A stretch of 64,000 nucleotides of DNA from a bacterium (GTDB lineage Bacteria > Omnitrophota > Gorgyraeia > Zapsychrales > Zapsychraceae), in assembly GCA_030429765.1 (NCBI GenBank), contig JAUIER010000003.1, forward strand, positions 80,402 through 144,401, given 5' to 3'. Position numbers and translations under genes: made by a program. Positions 20,714 to 31,751 of the stretch are shown here, piece by piece. Below the pieces are notes generated by a model. That model was not told where the DNA came from and did not search any database. It was given only the letters and a program-made list of their open reading frames with translations. The stretch's first letter is position 1. The number at the start of each line of letters is the position of its first letter.

Positions 20714-21524
20714 AGATCGTTGGTTTAGTTCAACCGTAATGATATCGCTGTCCATTGGCGCGCTCCTGTTTGACTGGGTGTTCCTGCTGGTATTGCTGGC
20801 GTTGACGATCGGCGGGTTGTATGAATTTTTTTATCTGATCAAGAAAAAAGGCATTCCAATTTATAGTTACACCGGAATTGCCATCGGCACGGTGATACCG
20901 TTGCTGGCCTTTTTTCAGATCGAGCCCACGAAAAAGTGGGATCTGTTCTTTATAGCCATGGCCCTGCTGACCATTTTCGGGCTGCAGTTGATGCGTAACG
21001 ACAATCGTAACGCGATCGTCGGTATTTCAACCACATTATTCGGTATTTTATATGTTTCATGGTTTTTCAGCTTTTTAGTTGAGATCAAGAATTTGCTGCC
21101 GGAGACACCATGGGCGGGTGAGAAGCTAGTCGGCTTTTTGCTGTTGGTTACCAAGTGTGGGGATATGGGGGCGCTGCTCATTGGGAAAAAATATGGCAAG
21201 AAGTTACTCGTTCCCAAGATCAGTCCCAAGAAGACGGTTGCCGGCGCATTTGGCAGTACCGCTTTCAGTGTGATTGCGGCTTTGCTGGCCTACAAACTGA
21301 TCCCGGCCCAATTGAATCTGCCGCTGTGGCATGTGGCTTTGATGGGTGCGATCTTCGGTGGTTTAGGGCAGCTAGGGGATATGTCAGAATCCATGATCAA
21401 ACGGGATTGCGGTGTGAAGGACTCCGGCAAGATGCTACCGGCCTTGGGCGGCGCATTGGATGCCATTGACAGCTTGCTGTTCTCGGCGCCGGTTTTCTAC
21501 TTTTATATTATTTCGTTATTGTAA
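20706..21524 (+). CDS. cdsA: Phosphatidate cytidylyltransferase
   Basis: Polytopic; ...SPKKTVAGAFGSTAFSVIAA... and C-terminal ...GGALDAIDSLLF are CdsA signatures. Confidence 0.85.
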   Translation: MNKDRWFSSTVMISLSIGALLFDWVFLLVLLALTIGGLYEFFYLIKKKGIPIYSYTGIAIGTVIPLLAFFQIEPTKKWDLFFIAMALLTIFGLQLMRNDNRNAIVGISTTLFGILYVSWFFSFLVEIKNLLPETPWAGEKLVGFLLLVTKCGDMGALLIGKKYGKKLLVPKISPKKTVAGAFGSTAFSVIAALLAYKLIPAQLNLPLWHVALMGAIFGGLGQLGDMSESMIKRDCGVKDSGKMLPALGGALDAIDSLLFSAPVFYFYIISLL

Positions 21525-21534
21525 CAGGATAGTT

Positions 21535-22689
21535 ATGGCGAGAAAGAATGTAGTCGTTTTGGGGTCGACCGGTTCGATCGGTATCAACACCCTGAAGGTC
21601 GTAGAGCGGTATCCTAAAGAATTTAATGTCGTCGGATTAAGCGCGTACAATAACGTCAAGCTCCTTGAGAAACAGATACAGCAGTTCCGTCCCAAATTTG
21701 TAGCGGTCAATTCAAAGGGGCGGGAGTATTTTCGAGATCGATTGAAGGCGCCGACAAAAATGTTGTCCGTTGATCAAGACCTCGAAGAGTTGGTCGCGCG
21801 GACAGACGTTCATGCCGTTGTCATCGGTATGCGGGGGGCGGCCGCCTTAAAGCCTTTTATCAGCGCGGTTCGAAATGGAAAGATCGTGGCGCCGGCGAAT
21901 AAGGAAGCGCTGGTGATTGCCGGAGAGATCATTATGAATTCGGCCCGGAGAAACAAGGCCACGGTGATCCCGGTTGACAGTGAACAAAGCGCTATCTTTC
22001 AATGTTTGCAAGGACAGAACCGACGGGAGCTCAAACGTGTGTTGCTGACTGCATCAGGCGGGACCCTGTTGAACGTTCCGGTCAGCCAATTTAATGAGTT
22101 GACGGTAGAGGAAATCCTCAAGCATCCGCGCTGGAAGATGGGACAAAAGATTACGGTCGATTCCGCCACGCTGATGAATAAGGGGTTTGAGTTTATCGAA
22201 GCGCTGCGTTTGTTTGACCTAGACATCGATCAGATTGAGGTTGTTATTCATCCGGAGGCGATCATTCATTCGATGGTGGAATACATGGATGGATCGATCA
22301 TCGCGCAGCTAGGTGTCACCGACATGCGCATTCCGATTCAATATGCACTGACCTATCCCAAGCGGTTGGATGTCGGCTTAAAGCCGATGGATTTTGCCAA
22401 GTTGGGATCATTGAATTTTCAGCGGCCGGATTACAAAAAGTTTCCGTCGTTGTCGTTATGTATTGACGTGGCCCGACAGGGAGGCACTTCTCCCAGTGTG
22501 TTGAATGCCGCGGATGAAGAGGCCGTGGAGGCCTTCTTAAAGCATGACATCCGGTTTTCGGATATTTATCCCGCCGTCGAAAAGATTGTTCGCCGGCATA
22601 AGGTTCAGCCGAAGCCAAACCTTAACCAAATTCTCGCGGCCGATCAGTGGGCCCGTGAGGAGACAAGAAAGGTAATATATAAGTTATGA
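21535..22689 (+). CDS. dxr: 1-deoxy-D-xylulose 5-phosphate reductoisomerase
   Basis: MARKNVVVLGSTGSIGINTLKVV... The ORF-track 5' extension overlaps cdsA; the ATG at 21535 follows the cdsA stop. Confidence 0.9.
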   Translation: MARKNVVVLGSTGSIGINTLKVVERYPKEFNVVGLSAYNNVKLLEKQIQQFRPKFVAVNSKGREYFRDRLKAPTKMLSVDQDLEELVARTDVHAVVIGMRGAAALKPFISAVRNGKIVAPANKEALVIAGEIIMNSARRNKATVIPVDSEQSAIFQCLQGQNRRELKRVLLTASGGTLLNVPVSQFNELTVEEILKHPRWKMGQKITVDSATLMNKGFEFIEALRLFDLDIDQIEVVIHPEAIIHSMVEYMDGSIIAQLGVTDMRIPIQYALTYPKRLDVGLKPMDFAKLGSLNFQRPDYKKFPSLSLCIDVARQGGTSPSVLNAADEEAVEAFLKHDIRFSDIYPAVEKIVRRHKVQPKPNLNQILAADQWAREETRKVIYKL

Positions 22690-24077
22690 TCGCTTTAGAC
22701 AGTATCCTGGGTGGATTTCAGAGCACGGCCGTGTTTATCGCCGTCCTGAGTATCCTGATCGTCGTGCATGAGTGGGGACATTTTATCACCGCCAAGTTGC
22801 AGGGCATCAAAGTCCATGAGTTTGCATTGGGATTTGGTCCGACGCTGTGGGCCAAGGAATACAATGAAACCAACTACATGCTGAAGCTTTTTCCGTTAGG
22901 CGGGTATGTTCGTATGGCGGGAGATGAGCGTGACAAATGCACCGGTGCTCCCTACGAGTTTTACAGTAAGTCGCCGGGGCAGCGGGCCGCGGTTGTTTTT
23001 AACGGACCATTGGTGAATTTTGTCCTGGCCTACTTTAGTTTTGTCCTGGTGTTTATGCTGGGCTATCCGGGAATGTCGACACAGATCACCGAGATCGTCA
23101 GTGATGGACCGGCAGTCGCGACATCCCTGCAGGCCAAGGATGAGGTGGTCGCGATCAACGGCAAGAAAATCTATGGATGGATGCATCTCGAACGCCTGTT
23201 GGAAGGGGAAAGCGTGGAGCCGATTGAGGTCACGGTGAACCGCGATGGTCAACAAATTTCCGCAACGGTCAATCCGACGATTGAGGAAAGGCCTAACCTG
23301 TTAGGTGTACCGACGATGTACCGGAATATCGGGATCGGATTCCTGCCGAACAAAGTCGGCGGTGTGGTCGAGGGGTATCCTGCCGATAAGGCCGGATTGA
23401 AGATGGAGGACGTCATCACCGAGATCGATGGTCAGAAGATTACCAATTGGATCTCGCTGCAGGAGGCCATCAGCAATTCCAAGGGCGCGACGATCAATAT
23501 CAAAGGCATCAGTGATGGTCAGCCATTTGAAAAAAATATTGAGCCGGTTATCGATATCAAGGAAGACGCGGACGGCAACAAGGTCGAAACGCGCAAGATC
23601 GGGCTGGGTCCCATGCAGGACTTTGGCAGCTTTAAATTTTCATTTGTGGAATCGCTTTACTACAGCTGGGATGAGCTGGCCTACATTACCCGTCTTACCT
23701 ACAAGTCGCTTTATCTGATGGTGCGTGGGACGGTCAAAGCCAAGGATTCAGTCACCGGACCGGTCGGAATCTTTTACATTGTGAAGGGCGCGGCCGAGGC
23801 CGGAATGGCGCATTTGTTATTCATTCTAGGTGTCATTAGTGCTAGTTTGGCGATCTTCAATCTGCTGCCGATGCTGCCGCTGGACGGCGGACATCTGACG
23901 CTGTTGGCCATTGAGAAGATACGGGGTAAACCGCTGCCGGCGAAGGTTGATGATTTTGTGGCGCGCATCGGTTTTTCATTTATTATTCTGCTCGCGCTTT
24001 TCGTGTTTTACAACGATTTTGCCAATTTCGGCATCTTTGATGGAATCAAGAATCTTTTTTCTAAAATAACGGGATAA
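22686..24077 (+). CDS. rseP: Site-2 zinc metalloprotease (regulator of sigma-E protease), PDZ-containing
   Basis: ...VVHEWGHFITAKLQGIKV (HExxH), a central PDZ region and C-terminal ...LNLLPMLPLDGGH... Confidence 0.88.
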   Translation: MIALDSILGGFQSTAVFIAVLSILIVVHEWGHFITAKLQGIKVHEFALGFGPTLWAKEYNETNYMLKLFPLGGYVRMAGDERDKCTGAPYEFYSKSPGQRAAVVFNGPLVNFVLAYFSFVLVFMLGYPGMSTQITEIVSDGPAVATSLQAKDEVVAINGKKIYGWMHLERLLEGESVEPIEVTVNRDGQQISATVNPTIEERPNLLGVPTMYRNIGIGFLPNKVGGVVEGYPADKAGLKMEDVITEIDGQKITNWISLQEAISNSKGATINIKGISDGQPFEKNIEPVIDIKEDADGNKVETRKIGLGPMQDFGSFKFSFVESLYYSWDELAYITRLTYKSLYLMVRGTVKAKDSVTGPVGIFYIVKGAAEAGMAHLLFILGVISASLAIFNLLPMLPLDGGHLTLLAIEKIRGKPLPAKVDDFVARIGFSFIILLALFVFYNDFANFGIFDGIKNLFSKITG

Positions 24078-24101
24078 CTTCTTTAAACAAGAGGGACAAA
24101 C

Positions 24102-25370
24102 ATGGCATCCGAAGATTTAAGAGAAAAAGTAAACAGGTATATGATCAACAACACGGAGTTCTTGAAGGTCAAGGACACCATGAACGAGGATCAACTGAGG
24201 ATGTTCGTCAATCGGGCCATCGAGGATATGATGGACGAGAAAAATATCGAAATCCCCTTTGAACAGCGGGCGGAGCTGATCAAGTCGCTGGTCAGCGCGG
24301 TGATGAGCTTAGGGCCATTGCGTCCACTGATGGAAGACGAGACGATCACCGAGGTCATGATCAATGGATGCGATACCATTTACATCCAGCGTTACGGAAA
24401 GATTGAGAAGGTTGATATCAAGTTTGACAGCAACCAGCACTTAGCCCACACGGTGCAGAAAATTCTTGCCGGTTCGCAGAGTAATAAGCGTGTTGATGAG
24501 TCATCGCCGTATGTTGATTTCTCTTTGCCTGACGGATCACGGGTCAACGTTATTCTTCCGCCATGTTCGACGATGGGGCCGGTCGTTACGATCCGAAAAT
24601 TTAAGGATGATATCGGAACTGTTGAGCATTTGCTGGATGTTAAGGAGCTCAACGAGGAGATGGCCACGTTGCTAATTGCCGCGATGAAGGCCAAATTCAA
24701 TGTTATATTTTGCGGGGCGACGGGTTCGGGTAAGACAACCTGTATGAATGTGTTTTCGACACATATTCCAGAAGAAGAACGGATTATCACGATTGAGGAT
24801 ACCCCGGAGTTAAATCTCCGTCAGGATCATGTTGTGTCGCTGCAAACCAAGCCGGCTAACATCGAAGGCAAGGGTGAGATTACCATGGCTGAGTTGTTTA
24901 CCAATTCGCTTCGTATGCGTCCGGACCGGATCATCATTGGTGAGATTCGTGGCGAGGAAATGCTGGATTTAATCCAGTCGATCAGTTCCGGTCACAGTGG
25001 GTCGCTCGCTATCGTTCACGCGGAGTCACCGCTGGATTGTTTTGACCGGATGGTGACCATGATGCTGCTCACGGGAATTCGATTGAGCACCCAGGAGATC
25101 CGCCGTCAGGTGGCCCGAGCGGTGGATATTATTGTGCACATCGAGCTTTTCAATGACGGGGTTCGCCGCATCCAGAACATCACTGATATTGTCTGGAATG
25201 ACGAGAAGAAGGAAGTGGAGTTGGTCGATATATTCCGGTTTGATCAAACTGGACGGATTGTCGACGGGATCGTTGAGGGTGACTGGACCAAGAATCGAAA
25301 GCCGCCGTCATTTATGTCTAAATTTGCCAAGCACAGGGTGGAACTCCCGGAAGGATATTTCGATAAGTAA
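24102..25370 (+). CDS. CpaF/TadA/VirB11-family secretion ATPase (orphan in this window)
   Basis: ...VDESSPYVDFSLPDGSRVNVILPP...IRKF...; Walker A GATGSGKTT; Walker B ...ITIEDTPEL; His box GHSGSLAIVHA. Confidence 0.8.
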   Translation: MASEDLREKVNRYMINNTEFLKVKDTMNEDQLRMFVNRAIEDMMDEKNIEIPFEQRAELIKSLVSAVMSLGPLRPLMEDETITEVMINGCDTIYIQRYGKIEKVDIKFDSNQHLAHTVQKILAGSQSNKRVDESSPYVDFSLPDGSRVNVILPPCSTMGPVVTIRKFKDDIGTVEHLLDVKELNEEMATLLIAAMKAKFNVIFCGATGSGKTTCMNVFSTHIPEEERIITIEDTPELNLRQDHVVSLQTKPANIEGKGEITMAELFTNSLRMRPDRIIIGEIRGEEMLDLIQSISSGHSGSLAIVHAESPLDCFDRMVTMMLLTGIRLSTQEIRRQVARAVDIIVHIELFNDGVRRIQNITDIVWNDEKKEVELVDIFRFDQTGRIVDGIVEGDWTKNRKPPSFMSKFAKHRVELPEGYFDK

Positions 25371-25372
25371 TC

Positions 25373-26566
25373 ATGTATTGGTCTAAATATTTTATACCCA
25401 CACTCAAGGAAACGCCCGGCGGAACCGAGGCCATCAGTCATCAACTGCTGTTGCGGGCCGGTCTGGTGCAGATGCTCACGTCCGGGGTCTATTCGTATCT
25501 TCCGCTCGGATTACGCGTACTGTCGAATATCGAAAATATCATTCGTGAGGAGATGAACGCAGCGGGCGCAAATGAATTGTTATTGCCCAGTCTGCATCCG
25601 CTGGATATATGGAAGCAGACGGGACGGGATGAAACGCTCAAGGACGTGATGATTTCGTTTAAAGACGGCAAGGGACGCGATATGTGTCTGGGGCCTACGC
25701 ATGAAGAAATTATTACGGATGTTGTTCGGAATCACGTGCAGTCTTATCGACAGCTGCCGGTGACGCTGTATCAGATTCAGACCAAGTTCCGCGATGAACT
25801 GCGGCCGCGGTTCGGCATTGTGCGGGCGTGTGAGTTTATCATGAAGGACGCTTACAGCTTTGATCGTGATGTCGAAAGCATGCAAAAAAATTATCAGATC
25901 ATGTACGAGGCGTATCAGAAAATTTTCAAGCGGCTCGAGCTGGATGTGGTGATTGTTGAGGCCGATTCCGGCGCGATGGGCGGAGATATTTCCCACGAGT
26001 TTATGGTCCCCGCGGCGATTGGTGAGGATGAGGTCGAGGTCAACGGTCAAAAGCAGGTGGCGATGGAGCTGGGTCATATTTTTCAATTAGGGACCAAATA
26101 CAGCCAATCGCTCGGCGCTAATTTTCTGGATGAAAACGGCAAGAGTCAGCCGATTATTATGGGATGTTATGGTATCGGCGTCAGCCGGGTAATCGCCGCG
26201 ATTATCGAGGTGATGCACGACGAGAACGGTATTATTTGGCCGTCACAGGTCGCGCCGTTTCAGGTCGAACTCCTGCCGATTTATAAATCGGAATCCGATG
26301 AGGCCATGCAGCTGGCGCGGCAGTGTTATGACGAGTTAACGGCTGCCGGAGTTGATGTTTTATGCGACGATCGCGATGAGACCGCTGGTAAAAAGTTTAA
26401 AGACGCTGATTTGATCGGTATTCCGTTGAGGGCAACGTTCGGCAAGCGAAATTTGGCGGAGGGTAATGTCGAGCTGAAGTTTCGTAAGTCAGGTGAGACG
26501 GTGATGATTGACAAATCATCGGCAGCTGCGAAGATCCTGGATGTTCTCAAGCAAGGCCATGCATAA
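25373..26566 (+). CDS. proS: Prolyl-tRNA synthetase, short form lacking the INS editing domain
   Basis: Class II motifs ...FRDELRPRFGIVRACEFIMKDAYSF... and ...GCYGIGVSRVIAAIIE... The 397-aa length is about 170 aa shorter than INS-containing bacterial ProS. Confidence 0.85.
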   Translation: MYWSKYFIPTLKETPGGTEAISHQLLLRAGLVQMLTSGVYSYLPLGLRVLSNIENIIREEMNAAGANELLLPSLHPLDIWKQTGRDETLKDVMISFKDGKGRDMCLGPTHEEIITDVVRNHVQSYRQLPVTLYQIQTKFRDELRPRFGIVRACEFIMKDAYSFDRDVESMQKNYQIMYEAYQKIFKRLELDVVIVEADSGAMGGDISHEFMVPAAIGEDEVEVNGQKQVAMELGHIFQLGTKYSQSLGANFLDENGKSQPIIMGCYGIGVSRVIAAIIEVMHDENGIIWPSQVAPFQVELLPIYKSESDEAMQLARQCYDELTAAGVDVLCDDRDETAGKKFKDADLIGIPLRATFGKRNLAEGNVELKFRKSGETVMIDKSSAAAKILDVLKQGHA

Positions 26567-27014
26567 AGAGCTTCTCGTTCATATTCGGCCGCTGGTGGAA
26601 CACGCGTTAACCGAACATCTGGTGGATCTAGTGGACATGACGATTAAATCGGATGGCCGGGGATACAACATTGAGATCCTGGCGGATAAACCTGAAGGCG
26701 GCATTACGATTGACGTGTGCGCGGAGTTAAACCGGGTCATCGGAGATCAGCTTGAACAGGATGTGCTCCTGGACCGGGCGTTTACGGTGAATGTCAGTTC
26801 CCCCGGTGTGGATCGTCCTTTGCGAATCGCCAAGGATTTTCGACGGGTAATCGGACGGGCGGTGCGCGTTCATTTGAATGACAAAATTGAGGACAAGATT
26901 GAACATATGGGTACTGTAAAGACAGTAACGGACGATATGGTAACGTTGGAAGCCAAGGCTGGATTGATTGACATACCCTTTATAAAAATTAACAAGGCCA
27001 TTCAGGTCATCTAG
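26559..27014 (+). CDS. rimP: Ribosome maturation factor RimP
   Basis: MHKELLVHIRPLVEHALTEHLVDLVDMTIKSDGRGYNIEILADKP...VSSPGVDRPL... Immediately upstream of nusA-infB. The start overlaps the proS end. Confidence 0.8.
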   Translation: MHKELLVHIRPLVEHALTEHLVDLVDMTIKSDGRGYNIEILADKPEGGITIDVCAELNRVIGDQLEQDVLLDRAFTVNVSSPGVDRPLRIAKDFRRVIGRAVRVHLNDKIEDKIEHMGTVKTVTDDMVTLEAKAGLIDIPFIKINKAIQVI

Positions 27015-27038
27015 ACAGAACAAGAGAGAGGTAAGAAG

Positions 27039-28271
27039 ATGGAAAGTAGTGAATTGCTAACTATTTTGGAACAACTGGAGCGCGACAAGGGAATCGACAA
27101 GGATGTTCTGATTGAAGCGGTAGAAGCCGCCGTGGCTTCGGCCGCCAAAAAATTGTGGACCGTCGACAAGGAGCAGGATGTCACGGTCAAGCTTGATAAA
27201 ATGACCGGTAAACTCACCGCCTACGCCGGTGACGAAGAGATCCGCTCCGGTGAGTTCGGCCGTATCGCCGCGCAAACGGCCAAGCAAGTGGTCATCCAAA
27301 AGATTCGTGAGGCGGAAAAAGACGTTGTTTACGAAGAGTATCAAAAGCGGATTGGTGAGATCATCAGCGGAAGCGTTTATCGTTTTGAACGCGGTAACAT
27401 CATTATTGATTTAATCAAGTCAGAAGCGATTGTTCCTCGACGTGAACAGTCATCCAAGGAAGAGTTTAAACAAGGTGACCGGATCCGGGCCTATGTGTTG
27501 GACGTAAAGCGTGAAAACCGCGGTCCGCAAATTATTCTTTCCCGCGCGCATCCGCAGTTTGTGAAACGCCTGTTTGAGCTGGAAGTTCCCGAAATTCTGG
27601 AAGGGATCGTTGAGATCAAGTCGATTACGCGGGACGTAAGTGAGCGGACCAAGATCGCTGTACATTCCAAAGACGAGAAGGTGGATTCGGTTGGCGCGTG
27701 CGTTGGTATGCGTGGAAGCCGGGTGAAAAATATCGTCAATGAGCTGCAGGGCGAGAAGATCGACATCGTACGGTATTCACCGGATATCAAGGAATACATC
27801 CAGGCGGCGTTATCTCCCGCGGAAATTTCTCAGATTCAGCTGAACTTCGATGAGAAGAAGGCCAATATCATTGTGGCCGATGATCAGTTGTCGTTGGCCA
27901 TCGGTAAGCATGGTCAAAATGTCCGTTTGGCCAGTCAGCTGGTGGGTTGGGAGCTGGATTTGTTCTCGTTTGATCAGTGGAAGGAATATCAGGACAAACT
28001 CGACGGTGAAGAAGCACCCGCCGAGACTGACGCCGAGGCAACGGAGGAGTACGAAGAAGAGGAAGTCATTGAAGAGGTCACCATCGCGGACCTTTCCGGT
28101 GTGGGTGAAAAGATGATCGCCGAGCTTGAGGAGAAAGGGCTTGGAACGCTGGATGTGATTGCCGAAGCAAGTGTTGATGATTTGACACAGATCAAAGGAT
28201 TAGGTAAAATCAAGGCCCAAAAAATGATTGACGAGGCGAAACAAATACTCGAGGAATGTGAAGAAGAATAG
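27039..28271 (+). CDS. nusA: Transcription termination/antitermination factor NusA
   Basis: S1 and KH regions (...GMRGSRVKNIVNEL.GEKIDIV...) plus a C-terminal acidic repeat. Confidence 0.92.
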   Translation: MESSELLTILEQLERDKGIDKDVLIEAVEAAVASAAKKLWTVDKEQDVTVKLDKMTGKLTAYAGDEEIRSGEFGRIAAQTAKQVVIQKIREAEKDVVYEEYQKRIGEIISGSVYRFERGNIIIDLIKSEAIVPRREQSSKEEFKQGDRIRAYVLDVKRENRGPQIILSRAHPQFVKRLFELEVPEILEGIVEIKSITRDVSERTKIAVHSKDEKVDSVGACVGMRGSRVKNIVNELQGEKIDIVRYSPDIKEYIQAALSPAEISQIQLNFDEKKANIIVADDQLSLAIGKHGQNVRLASQLVGWELDLFSFDQWKEYQDKLDGEEAPAETDAEATEEYEEEEVIEEVTIADLSGVGEKMIAELEEKGLGTLDVIAEASVDDLTQIKGLGKIKAQKMIDEAKQILEECEEE

Positions 28272-28298
28272 CGAGTAGTTAATAGAGAAAAGAGATAT

Positions 28299-30725
28299 AT
28301 GAAAGTATCCGAACTGGCCAAAGAGCTAAAAACAAATGATGAAACCATCCTGGCTACGCTCAAGAATTTGAAGCTGAAGGCGAAGGATAGTGATCAAGAT
28401 CTGAATGTCGCGGTTGTATCCGTTCTGAAAAGCGCGTTCAAAAAGGGGAATATCGTCAAGGTTGAAACCCCTAAGGCGCCGAAGAAGCGGGCGACCAAGA
28501 AAGCCGTCGCGGACAAAGAACCCGAGTCAACGACCAAAAAGAAGGCCGTGAAGAAGAAAGCGGCCGTTAAGAAAAAAGTGGTCAAGAAGAAGGCGGCATC
28601 CACGACCAAGTCAGAGGACACGGAAAAGGAAGCTGACAAGCCTCGCAAGCGCGTTGTCAAACGCAAGGTCAAGAAGGTGGTCCGAAAGGCCGTCAAAAAG
28701 GCGGATGACACGGACAAGGCCGCAACAACCAAGAAGACGGCGGCCAAGAAAACTGACGCCAAACCAGCGAAGGTCGAGGTCCCGGCCAAGCCCAAGAAGA
28801 AGGCTCAGGAGCCGGTTATCACGCTCAAACCACTTTCCCGCAAGCGTCGAAAGTCCTATAAAGACGACCGCAGGGATCAGCCGAGCGGCAATGACATGCT
28901 AAATGTCGAACCGGCCGCGGCGGATGCGTCGACGGCAACAGCGGCCGAACCGGTTTTTAATGAGAATCTCCCCGAGATCGAAGTCAAGGTGCCGATCACG
29001 GTCAAGGAATTTGCCACGACGATTCAGCAGAAGCCGAGCGTTGTTTTAACGCGCCTCATGAAGATGGGGATGCTGGCTCACATCAATCAGAGCCTCGGTG
29101 AGGAATTAGTCCGTAAATTGACGTTGGAGTTTGGATATAATCTGGCCAAGATTCGGACACAGGAAGAAGTTGTCATTGACGATCACAAGGTTGAGGAGGA
29201 CGACGCGGCTGAACTAAAATCACGAGCGCCGGTGATTACATTTATGGGACACGTTGATCACGGAAAAACGTCCTTGCTTGACCGAATCCGTTCATCGAAG
29301 ATCACCGACCGTGAGCACGGCGGGATCACACAGCACATCGGGGCCTATTCCGTGTCGATGCCCAAAGGGCGGATCACATTGCTCGACACGCCTGGTCACG
29401 AGGCGTTTACGGCGATGCGCGCGCGTGGCGCGCACATTACAGATATTGTTGTTCTGGTTGTAGCCGCGGACGAAGGGATTATGCCGCAGACCGAAGAAGC
29501 AATCGATCACGCCCGGGCCGCGGGTGTCCCGATTGTCGTTGCCTTAAATAAGATGGACCGTCCCGGTGCCAATCCGGACAAAGTCAAGCAGCAGCTGGCC
29601 GAGCATGATCTGGCCTCTGAAGACTGGGGTGGCAAGACAGTTGTGGTCGGTGTGTCGGCGATGACCGGAGAAGGAATTGATGAGCTTTTAGAATTGATCC
29701 TGCTGGAATCCGAATTGCTTGAACTCAGGGCTAATCCGAACAAACGGGCGACAGGGCTAGTTGTCGAAGCGCATCTCAGTCAAGGCAAAGGAACAGTTAC
29801 GACATTGATCGTGCAGAGTGGAACATTAAAGGAAGGCGACTTCCTGATCATGGGACCGTATTACGGCAAGGTCAAGGCCATGTTTGATGATCACGGACGT
29901 GCGATCAAGGAAGCCGGTCCGTCCATGCCCGTCGAGATCCTGGGGATTTCCAATGTCCCTGGAGCCGGTGAGATCTTTTATGTCGTCGAAGATGAACGAC
30001 AGGCCAAAGAGATATCCACTGCGCGTCTGGAGAAGATCAAGAACAAAAAGATGCAGGCATCGTCGGCCATCTCGCTTGATGATTTGTATTCGCAAATTCA
30101 AGAGGGTGCGATTAAGGAGCTGAATGTCGTGTTAAAAGCGGATGTGCAGGGATCGCTCGAGGCGCTGAAGGATTCCTTGGAGAAAATCCCAAGCGACAAG
30201 GTTAAGATCAAGTTCATTCACAGCGGCGTCGGTGAGGTCAACACATCGGATGTGCTTTTGGCTGTGGCGTCGAAGGCGATTATCATCGCGTTTCATGTGG
30301 GGATCAATCCCAAGGCCAAGAAGGCGCTGGAGCAGGATCCCGTCGAGGTTCGCGAGTATCGGATTATCTACGACGCTGTCAACGACATGCGTCAGGCGCT
30401 GGAAGGTCTACTGGAAGCCAAGAAGAAAAAGAACTACTTTGCCAAGGTGGAGATCCGTCAGGTCTTCAAATTATCCAAACAGGGGATTGTCGCCGGGTGT
30501 TATGTGACCAAAGGCCGGGTCAAGCGAAAGGCCGAAGTGGATTTGGTCCGTGACGGCGAGGTGATTCATTCCGGCAAGATTGGTTCTTTAAAACGTTTCA
30601 AGGAAGACGTGAAGGAAGTCACCGAAGGTATGGAATGCGGGGTCGTCCTGGAAGGTTTTGACAAATATGAAGTCGGCGACATGCTGGAAGTCTATGACGT
30701 TGAAATCATTTCGCAGAAACTCTAA
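28299..30725 (+). CDS. infB: Translation initiation factor IF-2
   Basis: K/A-rich N-terminal region; GTPase motifs [24 protein letters not shown]. Confidence 0.93.
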   Translation: MKVSELAKELKTNDETILATLKNLKLKAKDSDQDLNVAVVSVLKSAFKKGNIVKVETPKAPKKRATKKAVADKEPESTTKKKAVKKKAAVKKKVVKKKAASTTKSEDTEKEADKPRKRVVKRKVKKVVRKAVKKADDTDKAATTKKTAAKKTDAKPAKVEVPAKPKKKAQEPVITLKPLSRKRRKSYKDDRRDQPSGNDMLNVEPAAADASTATAAEPVFNENLPEIEVKVPITVKEFATTIQQKPSVVLTRLMKMGMLAHINQSLGEELVRKLTLEFGYNLAKIRTQEEVVIDDHKVEEDDAAELKSRAPVITFMGHVDHGKTSLLDRIRSSKITDREHGGITQHIGAYSVSMPKGRITLLDTPGHEAFTAMRARGAHITDIVVLVVAADEGIMPQTEEAIDHARAAGVPIVVALNKMDRPGANPDKVKQQLAEHDLASEDWGGKTVVVGVSAMTGEGIDELLELILLESELLELRANPNKRATGLVVEAHLSQGKGTVTTLIVQSGTLKEGDFLIMGPYYGKVKAMFDDHGRAIKEAGPSMPVEILGISNVPGAGEIFYVVEDERQAKEISTARLEKIKNKKMQASSAISLDDLYSQIQEGAIKELNVVLKADVQGSLEALKDSLEKIPSDKVKIKFIHSGVGEVNTSDVLLAVASKAIIIAFHVGINPKAKKALEQDPVEVREYRIIYDAVNDMRQALEGLLEAKKKKNYFAKVEIRQVFKLSKQGIVAGCYVTKGRVKRKAEVDLVRDGEVIHSGKIGSLKRFKEDVKEVTEGMECGVVLEGFDKYEVGDMLEVYDVEIISQKL

Positions 30726-30770
30726 GGGCGAAAACGTAAAAGTCTAAAGTAATCTTTTCCAAACATTCTC

Positions 30771-31751
30771 ATGAAAAAAACCGTTTTTAGCGCAATGCGT
30801 CCGACCGGTAAACTGCACTTGGGCCACCTGGTTGGTGCGTTGCATAACTGGACGGAACTTCAAAAATCTCACCAATGTATTTTTTCGATTGTGGACTGGC
30901 ACGCCTTGATGGGCGAGTACGAACAAAGCGCGGCCATTCGCGGTAATGTACTGGACATGGCGCTTGATTGGCTGGCCTGCGGCATCGATCCCAAGCAGTC
31001 GGTTATTTTTGTTCAGTCGGACGTACCCGAACATCTTGAACTTCAGATGATCTTTTCCTGCATCACCCCGCTGGGCTGGCTTGAGCGTAATCCCACATAT
31101 AAAGAGCAATTACGCGAGATTGAAAAGCGTGATCTTCAAACCTACGGCTTTCTGGGATATCCGGTGCTGCAGGCGGCGGACATTCTATTGTATAAAGCCA
31201 ATGCCGTGCCGATCGGCGAGGATCAATTGCCGCATCTGGAGCTGACCAGGGAGATCTCCCGCCGTTTTAATCACATTTTTAAGACCGAATTCTTCGAGGA
31301 TTGTGAGGCGATCCTGACACAGACACCGCGATTGCTAGGACTGGACGGCCGAAAAATGAGCAAAAGCTACAACAATGCCATCAACCTTAGTGATACGCCC
31401 GAGGAGATCCAGAAAAAGGTCAAGACCATGTTTACGGATCCCAAGCGTCTGCGGCTCAAGGACCCCGGTCATCCCGAGGACTGTAACGTATACAGTTATT
31501 ATAAAGTTTTTGCCCCGCAGCAGTGTGAGGCGGTATATAATTGGTGTACGGCCGCCGAGAAGGGATGCACGGACTGTAAGAAGATATTTGCTGATCATCT
31601 GATCGACCATCTCAGTGAAATAAGTGCAAAACGTGAAAGTCTCAGTAAGGATCGTGATACAATAAAGGATATTCTTCAGGAAGGCCGAAAAAAGGCGCAG
31701 GCGATTGCCCGCCAAACCATCGAAGAGGTCAAAGAGGTTATATTTGCATGA
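30771..31751 (+). CDS. trpS: Tryptophanyl-tRNA synthetase
   Basis: ...TGKLHLGHLVGAL... (HIGH) and ...KMSKSYNN... (KMSKS). Confidence 0.9.
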   Translation: MKKTVFSAMRPTGKLHLGHLVGALHNWTELQKSHQCIFSIVDWHALMGEYEQSAAIRGNVLDMALDWLACGIDPKQSVIFVQSDVPEHLELQMIFSCITPLGWLERNPTYKEQLREIEKRDLQTYGFLGYPVLQAADILLYKANAVPIGEDQLPHLELTREISRRFNHIFKTEFFEDCEAILTQTPRLLGLDGRKMSKSYNNAINLSDTPEEIQKKVKTMFTDPKRLRLKDPGHPEDCNVYSYYKVFAPQQCEAVYNWCTAAEKGCTDCKKIFADHLIDHLSEISAKRESLSKDRDTIKDILQEGRKKAQAIARQTIEEVKEVIFA

